In this document: positions 48,359 to 61,654 of the stretch, piece by piece
How the letters are laid out: every line of letters begins with the position of its first letter
Position numbering within the stretch: position 1 is the stretch's first letter
From: Callorhinchus milii
Taxonomy: Eukaryota
Assembly (NCBI RefSeq): GCF_018977255.1
Contig: NW_024704742.1
Coordinates: 50,346,001-50,410,000, forward strand
Direction of reading: 5' to 3'
Length of the DNA: 64,000 nucleotides
Program-made: the position numbers and the translations under genes
The notes under the pieces: model-generated
The model's input: only the letters and a program-made list of their open reading frames with translations
Databases searched by the model: none
Told to the model about the DNA's origin: nothing

Positions 48359-50659
48359 TATTTACACCTATATACATTCAACTTTGCCTTGAAAATCTGT
48401 AGTAAAAAGACAACTGCCTGATTTCGATGTACGGAGACGCTGCACTCCAATATCATGTATCAGTTTAATGTTATTGAAGAGTTGGTTAAAAAATTATCAG
48501 TTTAATCACAGTCTGCTGAAAGTTCCTAAGTGATTCAGTGAGATGCTCGAGAGCTTTTAATGGACCACAGGGAATAAACCTAGTGTGATTTGGACCCTGT
48601 TTATATGGCAGGGGTGAGATTCATACTATTAATGAAAATCCCTCTCCTAGAAAGAGCCAACAGAGGGACGCCAGAGCAATTTGTATACCCTTGAACCTCC
48701 ATCCCCCCCCATTTTCACTGCATGTTTGCTGGTGAAACACCACCAAACTCACAGCGATTTGTTGCCAACTGTGAAGTATAAAAGCAGTATAAATGATACA
48801 TAGCAAACCACTGCAGTGTTTCCCTGAAATAAAATTAGCTGCTGGAACAAGAACAATAACATGGATTGAAACAGAAGCATGCATTTCTAATTGGAACAGA
48901 TGTTTCAGTCCAAAACCTGATGTAAACTGATGAATTCTATTAGTCTGAGAAAATAAAACAGCAGCGCATATTGTTCATAAGTGTATTGATTAAATTATTT
49001 CCCAATAGGGGTCAAAGCACATATGAAATTGTTGCATTTATAGCAATTTAGGATTGCGCAGTAATAGGATTTATAATATAATGCAAAGAGCCACAAATGG
49101 CATTTAATGGAAGAAATGCCAGAACTAATTGTCATCCTTGTTATCGAGGCAAAACCAAAAGGTGAATGATGTCACTTCCTGGTTATACAACAGCTATTTA
49201 AATTGAACAATAAACAAATGGAAGGTACGTGGGAGTGAAACAAATTGGCGATAGTTCCCAAGGCCAGTTTATATGCATAGACATATTCAGTCAGATGGAG
49301 CACAACGCAATAATTTATTTTGAAAAGCTTGGTTTGAATCCCCAAAGCTGCAAATACGAGAAGTAAATAAGGAGAGAGCTTCTCTTAAGTAATAATCCCT
49401 ACATTTGATAAGGCACATATAATGTCAAAGCATCTTGCAGTGCTTTGCAGGGAATTCTCCTATATAATTAAAATAATAATGATAAGGGAAAGACTTCCAC
49501 CCCTCCCCATCTGTCTGACCTCTCCAGGTTGGTGTTACAGAGATGTAAGAGAGAACTCCGATTCTTAATATGTCATGAACTCCTATCATCCCCTTACCAT
49601 GAAGTTAGTTTCTCCATTTTAAGTCAGGGGACGAGAGAGAATAACTCCCGCATCTTTATTACAGATTCCATTTCTCCCAAAGAATCTACAAGTCAATGGA
49701 GTCTAGTTTGTGACATGCTCAAATACAGATACCATACAGATATTGTACGCAAAGGCAGCAGGTGCTTTGTGCTGGTGATGTTCCACAAAAACCAATTAGA
49801 GACCCACAGACTGATGTAAGCATTGCAATATTGGAAACATTTAAGTTTTTTAAAAAGAAAATCACCAGCATTATGACTCACAGTACAATTCAGAAGTAAT
49901 ATATTTCTTGTTAAATGACAGATTCAACCAGTGTTTTAAGCCTGTAAGTAAGCCTGCAAGTAAGCAAATCGTTAATGTAAATAGTTGACGCTATCCAGTT
50001 GAACTACAATAACATCACAACAGTAATAAAACTGTGCTGGTGCACTGTTGATGGTATGGGTGTGAATGGGCTGTAAACTGGGCGGACATGATGAGTTCAG
50101 TGGCTGGAAACAAGATTGCTGCTGTTTGCGGATATTGTGATAGGTTACACTGCTGGCAAGTGTTTTCTTTTTGAAGCATTATCCTAATAATTTCACCTCT
50201 GCAATACTGGAAATAATGCTTCCCGTAATACGAATGGATACATAATTTGTTCAGCTCGGTTATTTTTTCACAAGATTCCCAGCAGTTAGCAATTCAAGCT
50301 GAAAGCTAATTAGACCTCAGCACATTCCAGGTGTTGTTCTCTCACTTGCTGTGCAGAGCGCATGAGTTCGAATCATGTAATAATACAGGCTGTTGTGCCA
50401 AGCACACCCCAGCATGGTGAAGCAGGTGGCAATTCAGATTACATGCTACCGTAGGTCAGATTGCAGTGTCAAAATGTAAAGACAAAATGTACTTTATAAT
50501 AGAACTGATTTTTAAAAAGCACAGATTTTCATCAGTTTCTTTTCACCTCAATACTCACACAGTTAATTTTTGTTTTCCTTCCGTATTCTCCTGTTTCATT
50601 AAATAACGTGATAACTTTCCAATAGAGATCATGTGAAGTTGTTAACTTTGGGTGAAATG

Positions 50660-51105
50660 TTAAACCAAGATTACATCTGTCCAAGCAGATGGACATTAAA
50701 GATGTATGACATTACTCAAAAAGAAAAAGGAGCTTCACCTGGTATCTTGGCAAACAATCTTTCAGCTTAATTGATTATTCACCTCCATGAGGATCTTGCT
50801 AATATAAACAAATTCTATGTTTGCTTAGAAAAACAGTCAGTATCCTTCACAGCAATTACCTGTTGAAACATTTTAACATGATAAGGTGCTATAAAAATAC
50901 AAATTATTTCAAGTTCTTTGTTACTTTTTATTAGATCCCTTGGCACTGTTCGAAAAGAGAAGGGAGGTTCTCCCACTGTTATGCCCATAATTCCACGGAT
51001 AAATGTCATCATTTTAATTTATGGCTGTTTATGGGAATTTGCTGTGCACAAATTAACTGCCATACCTTCCTACAAAATGCACTGTCACAACACTTCACAG
51101 TAAAA
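50660..51105 (+). mobile_element. Two degraded Deu-SINE 3' fragments in tandem
   Basis: ggacattaaagatg..., then agatcccttggcactgttcgaaaagagaaggg..gctgtgcacaaatt. Confidence 0.55.
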
Positions 51106-51167
51106 TCCTTCCCTCCCTTATCCTTCTGTCCCCCTCTCCTTCACACTTTCAATCAGTGAGTCCCACA

Positions 51168-51275
51168 ATGGCGTGTGGTGTAAGGAAACTTGCCTAAGAT
51201 TTCGCCCCACCCAAGAATCGAACCTGGGTCCTCTCGCTTACGAGGCGAGAGCTCTAACCACTAGGTTACAGGACT
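51168..51275 (-). mobile_element. Isolated tRNA head of the composite SINE
   Basis: Minus strand gtcctgtaacctagtggttagagctctcgcctcgtaagcgagaggacccaggttcgattc..ggcaagtttcctta. Confidence 0.8.
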
Positions 51276-51631
51276 GCACAGTGTATAGCCAAGTATAAAC
51301 TATACATTGTATGCTATACCTGACTTATAGTGTTATCTCACCTAGCTCTACAGAGGTAACCAAAGTGTAGTACAATACGATACGGTTTACATTTATGTAG
51401 AGCCTTTTATGTTGGTCGTACACCTTAAAGCACTTGACTGCTGCCTGGGCACCCAAGCTGGGGATGGGAGCCAAAGGGGTTGGGGAAGGGAAAAGATGAA
51501 CAGAAGCACAGAGTGAATATTGTTACAAAACAGAATATTCATTGCAGAGCAAAGCTTCTGCTACTCCATCCTAAAATATCTCTTATGCTAACTTTACAAG
51601 AGCATCTTCCTCTATCTCTTTGATACCTTTT

Positions 51632-52198
51632 CTGTCCCGCACCAGGCTTCGGGAACACATCACTCCCACCCTCGCTCGCCTCCACTGGCTCCCCATCCCC
51701 CAGAGGATCGAATTCAAGATCCTCACCCTCACCTACAAGGCCATTCACGGCCTTGTTCCCTCCTACCTCTCCGACCTACTATCCCCCTACCTACCTGCCC
51801 GTACCCTCCGTTCCTCTGGCTCCGGACTGCTCCACATCCCCCGCCCCAACCGCCCTACCATCGGTGGCCGGGCCTTCAGCCTCTCAGCCCCGAGGCTCTG
51901 GAACTCTATCCCCCAGTGCCTTCGCCTTGCCTCCTCCCTTTCCTCCTTCAAGGCTGGTCTCAAGACCTTTCTCTTTGACCGTGCCTTCAGCTCCCCTCTC
52001 GATACTCTACCTCCTCCTCGCTCCCTCCCTTCCCTCCCCTCACCCTGACCATTTCCCCCTCCTCTCTCCCTCCCTTCCCTCCCCTCACCCTGACCATTTC
52101 CCCAATGCTCGGGTCCTGACCCAACTGTACAGCGCCTTGGGACGTCCTCCTGACGTGAAAGGCGCTCTATAAATGGAATCTTGTTGTTGTTGTTGTTT
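51632..52198 (+). mobile_element. Young 5'-truncated L2 LINE with ~40-bp duplication in the 3' UTR (~52021-52104)
   Basis: ORF SRTRLREHITPTLARLHWLPIPQRIEFKIL...FKAGLKTFLFDRAF; stem-loop at 52131-52166; (gtt)n tail. Confidence 0.95.
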
Positions 52199-52231
52199 TT
52201 AGAATGAGAGATAAGCTGGCTTTGAAGTTAA

Positions 52232-52583
52232 TATAATCCTTGCATTTGATATAGCGCCTTATCACGTCTTCTAGACATCTCAAAGCACTTCACAGAATAT
52301 ACTGTAAAGTGAATTGATTGTATGTTTTGTGGGCAAAACGCATCAGCACAGCAGTGTCCCATGAACAGTCGTGGATTAAGTGACAACATTTTTTTTTTGA
52401 AGGAATTATTACCCCCGGAAAAGCGATACACCAATCAACTAACAACCAGGTCCCTACTTATTGCTAGGTAAACAGAGGCATGTGGAGTTAGGAAAATTGC
52501 CCAACGTTTCGGCCTGCTGGGAAACGAACCCAGGTTCTCTCGCTTGTGAGCTGAGTGCTCTAACCACTAAGCTACAGGACTCC
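52232..52583 (-). mobile_element. Composite tRNA-SINE, long subfamily, with possible agttaa TSD
   Basis: tRNA head, gcctctgtttacctagcaataagtagg central block, Deu/L2 tail; agttaa at 52226-52231 and 52585-52590. Confidence 0.9.
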
Positions 52584-54028
52584 TAGTTAAAACTAAATTC
52601 AAAAGTTTAGCGTAATTGTGAAACTCTGAAAAGAGTGAATCCAGACCCAGGTGGAATTTCTTCCGCACAGTGGTGAAAAATGGGTCCATTGATGTAATAG
52701 TTATAGATTGAATCAGGACGGTGATTTCCATGAGTCAAAAGGACTTGTGTCCAGTTTCCTTATCTGAGAATGATGTTGAAGTCACCATGTATTAGAACTA
52801 AACAGGACTAAATATTCCTATGATGGCGACTGCAGAAATATTCTGATTCAAAGCATTCTGATTTTGATTTTATTCATGTTTGAGAACTGTCTGATGATCA
52901 GTTGCTGCCTTTTCCTTCAACGCTTTGACATCAGCCTTTAATTATTTGAAAAAGGAAGCATCCAAAAAAAGCCGGAGGCATGAGATTAGGCTAGGAGTGA
53001 TCTTTGCACTAAATGTGTTATCTGTTGAAAAATTCAATGAAACTCTCAACCTTTCCGGAATTACTTTTCGAGGGTTTTCAGAATTTCATCTGGTAAGGTC
53101 TGTAATATGCAGCCACAGCAGCAGAGAAGTGAAGAAATAGATTGATGGCATGTGGTGAATATAAGATGAAGGAATTGAGGCATGTGTGAACAGGAATCAT
53201 TGGAAAGAGAAAAAAATGGAATAGTGGATCTGATCAAGCAAAATCATTGTTTTACAGATTACATAAAAATTAAGAATTAGTTAATTGGTCTGCGAAGGAT
53301 TCTGTTTGAGCGTATTTTGCCAATCTTCCCATATTTTAGTTGTCATTTATGATGCCAAGATTTAATTGGAATTCTGCCTATCATAAAGGGGAAAACCAAA
53401 CACTTCCAGCTGTCAACTTCTGTCTGAATTCAGAAGTGATTGAAAGTAGCAACAAATGTGATTTGACAGTCCATAGGTATTTAAATAATTTACTGTGATT
53501 ATCTGCTCCACTGAATTGCAGTTACAGAACAATCATTGTGTTTCCCAACCACCTTGGGTTAAATGCTAAATATATCAGGACAGAACCAGAACTTGTTTGT
53601 GCATGTATGTGGCAGACCACTGCACTGGAGGATAAGAATTACACTGCTGAGAGACACTTTAAACAACAAAGTAATGGGGCCAGTTAGTGAACATATTCTG
53701 GAAGACACAGAATTATTATTTCAGATATGATAGAAATCTGTGACAGCTTCCATAGCATATTTCATGCTGTTTTTTTACATGAAGAATACTGTACTTAAAT
53801 GAAAGATGTAGAGAATCTGTAAATAAATCAGGAAATATGGGAAGGTGCATGGAATAATAGTTAACTAAGGAGAATGAACAATAATTAACCAGTCTAAAAC
53901 TGTTCCTATGGTACCATATAGATGTCAATTTTGCAGTTTTGCTTAATGCATTTCTTATTTAAGAAATCTGTGTTAGTTTCCTTCCAGTAACCACATAGTT
54001 GCAAGTCATCCACATCACATCCGTAGTT

Positions 54029-54354
54029 GGAGTCCTGTAGCTCAGTGGTTAGATCACTTGCCTCACAAGCGAGAGACCTGGGTTTGATTCCTTACTCCAC
54101 ACGCCTCTGTTTACCTAGCAGTAAGTAGGAAAATGGTTGTTAGATAATTGGCGGATCGCTTTTCCAGGAGTAATAATTCCTTATTTAAAAAAATCCGCAA
54201 CTATTTGTGGGACACTGCCGTGCACAATTGGTTGTGCGTTTCGCCCACTAAATATACAGTCAATTCACTTTGCAGTGTATTCAGAGACATAAGATGCAGA
54301 GACATCTTGAAGACTTGATAAGGCGCTATATCAAATGAAAGGATTATATATTAT
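54029..54354 (+). mobile_element. Composite tRNA-SINE, long subfamily
   Basis: ggagtcctgtagctcagtggttag..cacgcctctgtttacctagcagtaagtagg..tail. Confidence 0.9.
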
Positions 54355-54707
54355 CAATTCAAGGGAACCCTCTGCTCTGAAAATACTTTGAGTTGAAGCA
54401 ATCCTGCAATTCAACGTCATAGACATCCGGATTTCTTAATTAAGAAATCTAGTTGAAAAATACTTCAAAACTAATCCTTGTGGTACTCTGCAACTTGCTT
54501 TTCATCTTACAAAAGTTCCTGTTTTCATTAGGGAAATAGACTGGTGTCATGTAAAGAATCCATGTGGAAGAGACTCACTGACCTAACACTGAGGTTATAC
54601 TTCCTATTTCATTTTGCAATTCAGTTTGAAATGAAGGTCAAACAATTGTGACATTTCACTGTGAAATAAACACATTGTGAAGAGGTTTGTAACAAAGTTG
54701 GATCAGA

Positions 54708-54845
54708 TAATAAAAATAATCCTTGTGTTTGATATAGCGCCTTATCACGTTTTCTAGGCATCTCAAAGCGCTTCACAGAATATACTGTAAAGTGAATTGA
54801 CTGTATATTTTGTGGGTGAAACACAGCAGCCAATTATGCACAGCA
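54708..54845 (-). mobile_element. Composite SINE 3' tail
   Basis: gatatagcgccttatcacg..caaagcgcttcacagaatatactgtaaagtgaattgactg. Confidence 0.85.
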
Positions 54846-55435
54846 GATAGTCCGTATTCACATGTGTTTATGGCAATCTAGTTGGAGTCATGGAAACAAC
54901 CTCATGGAGGGCCTCCCCTTTAATTCTTTCAATGATAATCCATGTGTTTATGCCCCTTTTTTGCAATTTTGGATCCAGTGGGAATAATCCCCAAAGACCC
55001 TGAGGTTGTTGTATTCTTTAACTGGTGGTATTGGTGATGGAATTTCTAACATTCTTGTTCTACCATCATAAGGTTAAAGGGAGTCCTCCTCCTGCTGGTC
55101 CTCCAGAAGTGCCAATTGCCAATGCAGCCTGGCAGAGCAAGTTACAGCTGCACATTCCTGGCCACATGCTGCCTGACCTCATTTTTCAGGCTATGTATGA
55201 CACAACGCCAGATGTGATAGGTTCACTATGGGGTCTCTCACTGCAAGTACTTGAGAGGAGATGTGACCAGCTGCGTGAAGGAATCGATTCCATACTTAGA
55301 TTTTTTTTAAATACAAACATTTTTAAAAGTGTACTCACTTAAAGAATGATGCATGATCCTTCCATTGCTTTGAAAAGGAATACTTTTAGACAGTTGCTTG
55401 TGGGTTCAAGAAAGAATTTGACTGCACTGTTATAT

Positions 55436-55845
55436 GATAATAATAATAATTTTAATTAGCACCTTAAAACTTTCCTATTTAAAATCATCTCAAAGCTGTT
55501 CATAAAGTTTTCTGTAAAATGTGGTGACTATACATTTGTCGGTGAACTCAGGAGCCAAATTGCACCCAGCAATGTTGCACAAACAGTTAAGTGAATGATC
55601 AATTAATCTGGGGATTCTTGATCAGCACATCAGGAGAAAGTCCCTTGTCATTGTGGAATACTATAGGATTCACCTGAACAGGTAGATAGGATTCATCCAA
55701 ACTACAACACGTCCAACAATGCAGAGCTGCACCACCACTTCCCAAGAGTGTCAGCATAGACGACATGCTCAAAGTCCCGATGTGGATCTTGAAACCACAA
55801 ACTTCATAACTGGAGATGCGAGTACTACCAGTTGAACCAAGTTAA
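55436..55845 (-). mobile_element. Degraded Deu-domain SINE
   Basis: gccaaattgcacccagcaatg..cacctgaacagg..gagtactaccagttg. Confidence 0.6.
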
Positions 55846-56999
55846 GCACCATGACAAAAACATTGGGTTGTCTGGTAACAATTTACTAATCCCAAAACAG
55901 ATCTTGTGGAGCTAGAGCAACAAAAGATAAGTGAAGTATTTTGGAAGCAAAAGTAGGTGATTTGTTGGAATCAGCAGACTAGACTTAGTCAGAACCTTAA
56001 CTGTATTTTACCATCACATGGTTCTGTGATCATATAATTTCTACAACTTCCAGAGTGGTGATACATATCATGCCTAGAGGTTGCAATATATTGTCTAATA
56101 TACCAGCTCTTCAGTTTCCTCTGACAAAACATATCTATCAGTAAAATATATGTGAATGCAATGAACTGTAAAACAAATACTGGCAAAGAAATGCCCAACC
56201 CACAAAAACCGCAACACAACAATAAATTGTATTTATAAGCCCTTTCACACCGGGAGGACACCCCAAGGCACTGAAAAATCAGAAGTCTTCATCTGAGCAG
56301 TGGAGTGGGACCAGAGAGGGGTGGAGGATGGGGCTGGACTAGGGGAGTGGAGGAGTAATGATAAATAATCATTTAATAACTGTTGGTAAATTATTCTTAA
56401 TAAAATAATTATTGTATTATTTCATAATTTTTTATTGATAATAAATAATGATACTCAATACAAAGAAAAAATAAACCAGTGAATTAATAACTCCTGCATG
56501 TTTCATGGGGGCTTTCTGTTGCAACGTCAGGTTTACTTTGGAGATGGACTCCCAGATAAGGCCTTAGAACAGTTATACTCCTAGGTAATTCTTCGAAAGA
56601 TTTATTTTTATATAACTATGATTTATTGAAAATTACAAGGTTTGTCTCATAATAGCTGGTCTTCCATCTGGTACTCCATCTTGTGTATTCGTAAGGCCCA
56701 GTAAAGATCTAATCTTTGGGTCTATATCTCCCAGCATCACTAGTCCACTAACTACTGCTGCACCAAATAGTTGCAATGCTTCATTTATAAGTGACTGAAT
56801 CGATGGGCAAATAGCATCCAATGCTGTGCTTATATTGTGATACTAATCATTGCATTTGGTATAGTACCTTGTATGTCTAAGCTTCTCAACCACGCTGAGA
56901 CCTCCAGCAATGTAAAAAAAATCCCCATTAACAGTGCTACACTCATAACAATTTCAGTACAAAATACAGTGTACATTGGTAGTCTTCTCCACTGGTGTT

Positions 57000-57198
57000 A
57001 GTGGATCCTCAGCTGGCCCCAGCCTCCTGCACATCCCTTGCCCCATCCTGCCAACATCAGATCACACCTGAAGTCCTTTCTCTTCGATTGTGCCTACCGT
57101 CACTTCTCCCCTCTCCACAGCTTGGAGTCAGTCTCCGCCACTATTAAGCACTCTGAAACGCTACCCCACGTGAAGGGTGTTATATAAATGCAGGTTGT
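57000..57198 (+). mobile_element. Old L2 3' end
   Basis: ctcctgcacatccc..cacctgaagtcctttctcttcg..gcactctgaaacgctaccccacgtgaagggtgttatataaatgc. Confidence 0.6.
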
Positions 57199-58049
57199 CA
57201 ATATTCAGAGGTGTTTGTATATCATTTATGTGCACCTGATTGATTTCTCCCATTGAGGATACCAATGAACTGAGTGAAGAGCCAAATCTTACCTTCCAGA
57301 AGCCCTCTGCTGGGTTACGTGAAATAAACTAACACTTCATTTAATTTAATAGCTTTGACGACTAAAGAAATAACAAATGTATTTTTATGGTGCCTTATTA
57401 CGTTGTAAAGCATTTCACAAGTGTTCTTGTAAGCAAACAAGGCATCCATTTACACCATCAAGGGCCCACAAATAACATTGAAGTCAATGACTAATTAATA
57501 TGGAGAATAGTTAGCCAGGATACCAGAAGAAATTCTCCTTTGAAATAGTACCATAGCACTTTTAATGTCCACCTAAACAAGCAGAGTTTAAAGTTTAAAA
57601 TTTCATCCAAAAGACTCCATGCTTTATCATTGTGGACCCTGACACTTATTTACCAAACAATCCAAACTGCGAACAGAAAGCCAAGCAATTCAAATTGTTG
57701 GCTGACTTCTCGCATGCTAAAACATGTCTGACTTCTGCATTAAAATTAAACTACATTATGTAATGTTGTTGGTGACCTGGCTGATGGACCTTGTTTTGCA
57801 CGGGAAGCTGGCTGGCATGAGAAACTCTTCCTGCATGCTGTGAATGCAGAAGCTCTCATTATCAATCGTGCCTCATGATAACACTGCGCGGGATTTTATG
57901 GACCTCCCCAACCACAACTACCATTTTAAAACAGTGTTTTACTGTAGCACTACTCAGTATGAGATCAGTGCTGCATAAGGTGTAGCTTGTAACATCCAGG
58001 TAATCATTTCAACACTGGTGAATATTGACTATTTCACACTGTACTTTTA

Positions 58050-58275
58050 GGAGGAACTACTTCATGCAGAGGGTGGTGAAAATGTGAAACTCACTGCCCA
58101 AACCTATGTTCAATCCAATAGTATAGATGCATTTAAGAGGAAACTAGATGTAGACATGAGGGGAAAGTACAGGAGGGAATAAGGAGTGGTTGGAGACTCA
58201 TGTGGAGTATAAACACCCGAATAGACAAGATGGGCTAATTAGCCGGTTTCTGTGCTATACCGCTCATGTACATGA
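58050..58275 (+). mobile_element. CR1/HER-type LINE 3' end
   Basis: aggaggaactacttcatgcagagggtggtg..gcatttaagaggaaactagat..ccggtttctgtgct. Confidence 0.7.
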
Positions 58276-60039
58276 AATCTTTTGATGTTAGTTCAGAACC
58301 TGAGAAAATACAAAACCAAGGCAAAATAAGAAATGACATGCTGATGTTGCTTTGAATTACTCAGTTGATGTGATTGGTACGTATTATGAACACAGATTGG
58401 CAGAATTAATTTTAGAGTTGACAAATACAAGGGAGCAATCATCTGCATAGTAACTAAACTCAATCAAACTTTACTTATTTGAATGCATCAAATCTACAAC
58501 ACCCAAAGGAGTGTTTGATATATTTTCTAATTGTGGATTCTCTACACTAATTGCTTTGTAGTTTGATGGTCTGACCCTGACTATGTACTGATTACTAATG
58601 TTTATATTTATTCTGCAATAATAAGCCCTCTTGCAAGATTGCTTCTTCATCTCTCCTCTGGTATTCTTCCAGTCTGCAGCAATTTGCAAAGAGCACTTTG
58701 CATACAAAGCAGAGCAGAGCACACCAGAGCTCATTAAAGTATTATTTTTTTCTAACTGATGATTTTTGTCGTTTGCCATTAAGGATTTCTGTTTTCTGCT
58801 AGTTCGATTAGCTGCTGAAAGCTAAACAACATACGCATGAAATTTTTAAAAATCAGACATGAATAGCACACAGCAGTTGACTGATAATCCATTCCTGTTG
58901 CAAAATGTGCATTGGTTCTCTCATGCAGACTGCACCATAAATAGAGGGCACCTGACGAAAAGCTGTGGGGGGCAACTTTTATCCCAGGAGTTGCCTGATA
59001 TTTTAACTCGCAAGCAACAAAATTGCACATGACATATCGATTGTTCCCACTGCTTCATGTTAGCCAAGCAATTAAAATGTTAAATAATAATATATGATTT
59101 TTCTTACATTTTAAATTGATGCATGGATTGCAGACAGCTTCCACTGACCTCATGAGAAGAAGGATGTGGATTCAGGACCAATGTGATTCTCGCATGAGAT
59201 GGAATTTGCAATTTAATCGTGATTCATCATGTCAAACATCTCAAAGAGCTTTCACTGGCAATTACTGTTAAGTGAAGTGACTGTTATTGTAGGCAAAAGC
59301 CATTTGGCACAAGCAAGGATTTACAAATATCTATGAAATGAAAGACCAGTTAATCTGGGGTTTGTTGGCCAGGATGCAATATTCCACTGCATTTTATCCA
59401 AATATGTGTCATTCCACTGCAACATACTGTAACATGAAAGACTCAAAATTCCACCTACTCATAGCCTGTAAGATCATTTTTTTCTTAAAATGTAAGATTG
59501 TTCAGAATTGCAGAAAAATCTTAAATTCAGTCTTAATTTGGCAACTGATTATTTTAAAAAGCTGTGGAAAACCAGCTTCCAAATTAATACTGGATTTGGG
59601 AATTTTCAACAATTCTGCACAATTTTGAATTAATTCACTCAAGTAAAGACACTGAAACCTTTGGGTCTGTACCTAGCAAAGGCAGAAGTCAGACTGCCTT
59701 TGGCTGATGCTTTTTATAAATCACTGGCTGTGTGCAAACTCACTGCCAGTAGAATTTTATATAACAGACATCCAACATTTCTTCCAGAATGTAACAATTT
59801 ATGATTAACATGATGAAGCTCGCATTCACTGCCCACAAGAACAAATGGCTAAAAGAGCCAATGGCTAAAAATGTCACTCAGTCACAAGCTAGGAAAGTGT
59901 AACAAAATTTTATGTGTGATGGGAAAGAATATTCAGGTTACCTAGTTGGACAATATTCGGTAAAGCTTTCTGTAACTCTAAGTTATAGGAAGTAAATTAG
60001 TAATATTTCATAACATATTGAGTATTATGTTGAACGCGT

Positions 60040-60434
60040 GGAGTTCTGTAGCTTAGTGGTTAGAGCACTTGCCTCACAAGCGAGAGACCCGGATTCGATT
60101 CCCGAGCAGGGCAAATGTTGTGCAAGTTTCCTTATTCCACATGCCTCTGTTTACCAGTAAGTAGGAACCCAGTTGTTAGTCAATTGGCGGATCACTTTTG
60201 CAGGGGTAATAATCCCTCCAAACTAAATAAATAAATCAATAAATTAAAAATAATAATAATCTGGTCACTCAATCCATGACTGTTTGTGGGACACCTCTGT
60301 GCACAATCGGCTGTTGTGTTTTGCCCACAAAATATAGTCAATTCACTTTACAGTATATTCTGTGAAGCACTTTAAGATGTCTCAAAGACATGATAAGGCA
60401 CTACATCAAATACAAGGATTAGTGCTATTATTAT
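60040..60434 (+). mobile_element. Composite tRNA-SINE, long subfamily, full length
   Basis: Complete tRNA-like head (60040-60113), central gcctctgtttaccagtaagtaggaaccc block, Deu 3' part, L2-type tail. Confidence 0.9.
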
Positions 60435-61654
60435 GTGGCTTTGAACCCTTTGTAAAATCCTACTAAATTCATCCCAATAGGTGTACATAGTTCTCATAAA
60501 CAGACCAAGTCTCCTATGATCTAGAATATTTGTCACTTAGGGATCACTATCATTAATCATAATAAACCCTAATCAATACAACCATATAATAGGTGATATA
60601 ATATAGTATCAACCTACAATCTCTCTACACCCTATGGTAATTTCCAAGAGCTGATTTAGTGACACAAACAATAGCCAATTGAATTAGAACTAAATGTATT
60701 TAACGGAGAGAGATTTAAATAATTTAGCTAAGAAGTACAACACAAAAATACAACAGTAGCTTAATACTAAGAAAACAAACATCTTTGCAATAACCTTAAG
60801 AGTGTTCATACAGCTTAGTATTGTTTGAATTTAGTGCTGGGATTTATAGGCTCCCAGGAGTGATCTGCCTCTAAACAAGTAGAGTGCCAATGATACTCAN
60901 TTTTTTACACACAGCCCAGGAGATGGCCTATTGACCTGTTCTCCACTTGAGTGCTTCAACAACTCACTCAACAAGAGGAATAGTTGGTCCTTAAATAGAA
61001 AAACATCCATTTGATATTTGTTGTTGACTCCCTTGGAAATGTATGGATCGCTTTGATGTCCTTTCAAATATTTTTTGAAGTTGCATTTTCCAAATTCTCA
61101 AATATAAAATAAATTAACCCCAAATTCTCAGAAAGAATGCTCGAACAAGTGACACATTATCACTTTAAAGTCTGATTTTGCAATATTCTTCTCACATCCA
61201 GCGAAAAGGAGTACACTGTCTCTGAAAGTCTGTTTTATCAATTGGTTTTCACACCTTTGAGAACCCTTAAGGCAAAGAAGCAATCCTCCTCACCTTGTAA
61301 CCCTCACATTAAAAAAAATAAGCTCCAGAATTTGAAATCTGTTAGTGTAACACGCTAAGAACATTATTGTTCAGTTCCACAGCCAGACTTTAAGAATGGA
61401 AAAATATAATGTGGTCGCATCAGATCTGTTAAAAAATGTTCAATTTTCTCCCTGTGTATGCAAGAGGGCAGCAGTTGAGATGGCTTACTGATGCAATAAG
61501 GTGCCATAGAAAATGTAAGGATTATTATTGTTGAGTAAATGGCATTTAATCCGTGGATAGGGTATGAATGTGATGAAACAGAAGTGACCTTTAATTGCTG
61601 AATAGGCTCTTCTCATTCTATCATTTTCCAAAGTTCTTTAGATAACATTGTTCC

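Noticed and set aside
55010..55300. Possible decayed transposase fragment / 105-aa ORF
   Set aside because: No convincing motif could be read in any frame.
58952..58985. CTGACGA followed by a hairpin as another hammerhead (also CTGATGA near 48926)
   Set aside because: No properly placed stem II/GAAA/stem III arrangement.
60040..60113. tRNA genes (also ~29086, 45465, 51200, 54029)
   Set aside because: Anticodons differ between copies and each continues into SINE body sequence, so these are SINE heads.
35774..60900. Single N bases at 35774, 41617 and 60900
   Set aside because: All adjoin homopolymers; assembly ambiguities, not biology.
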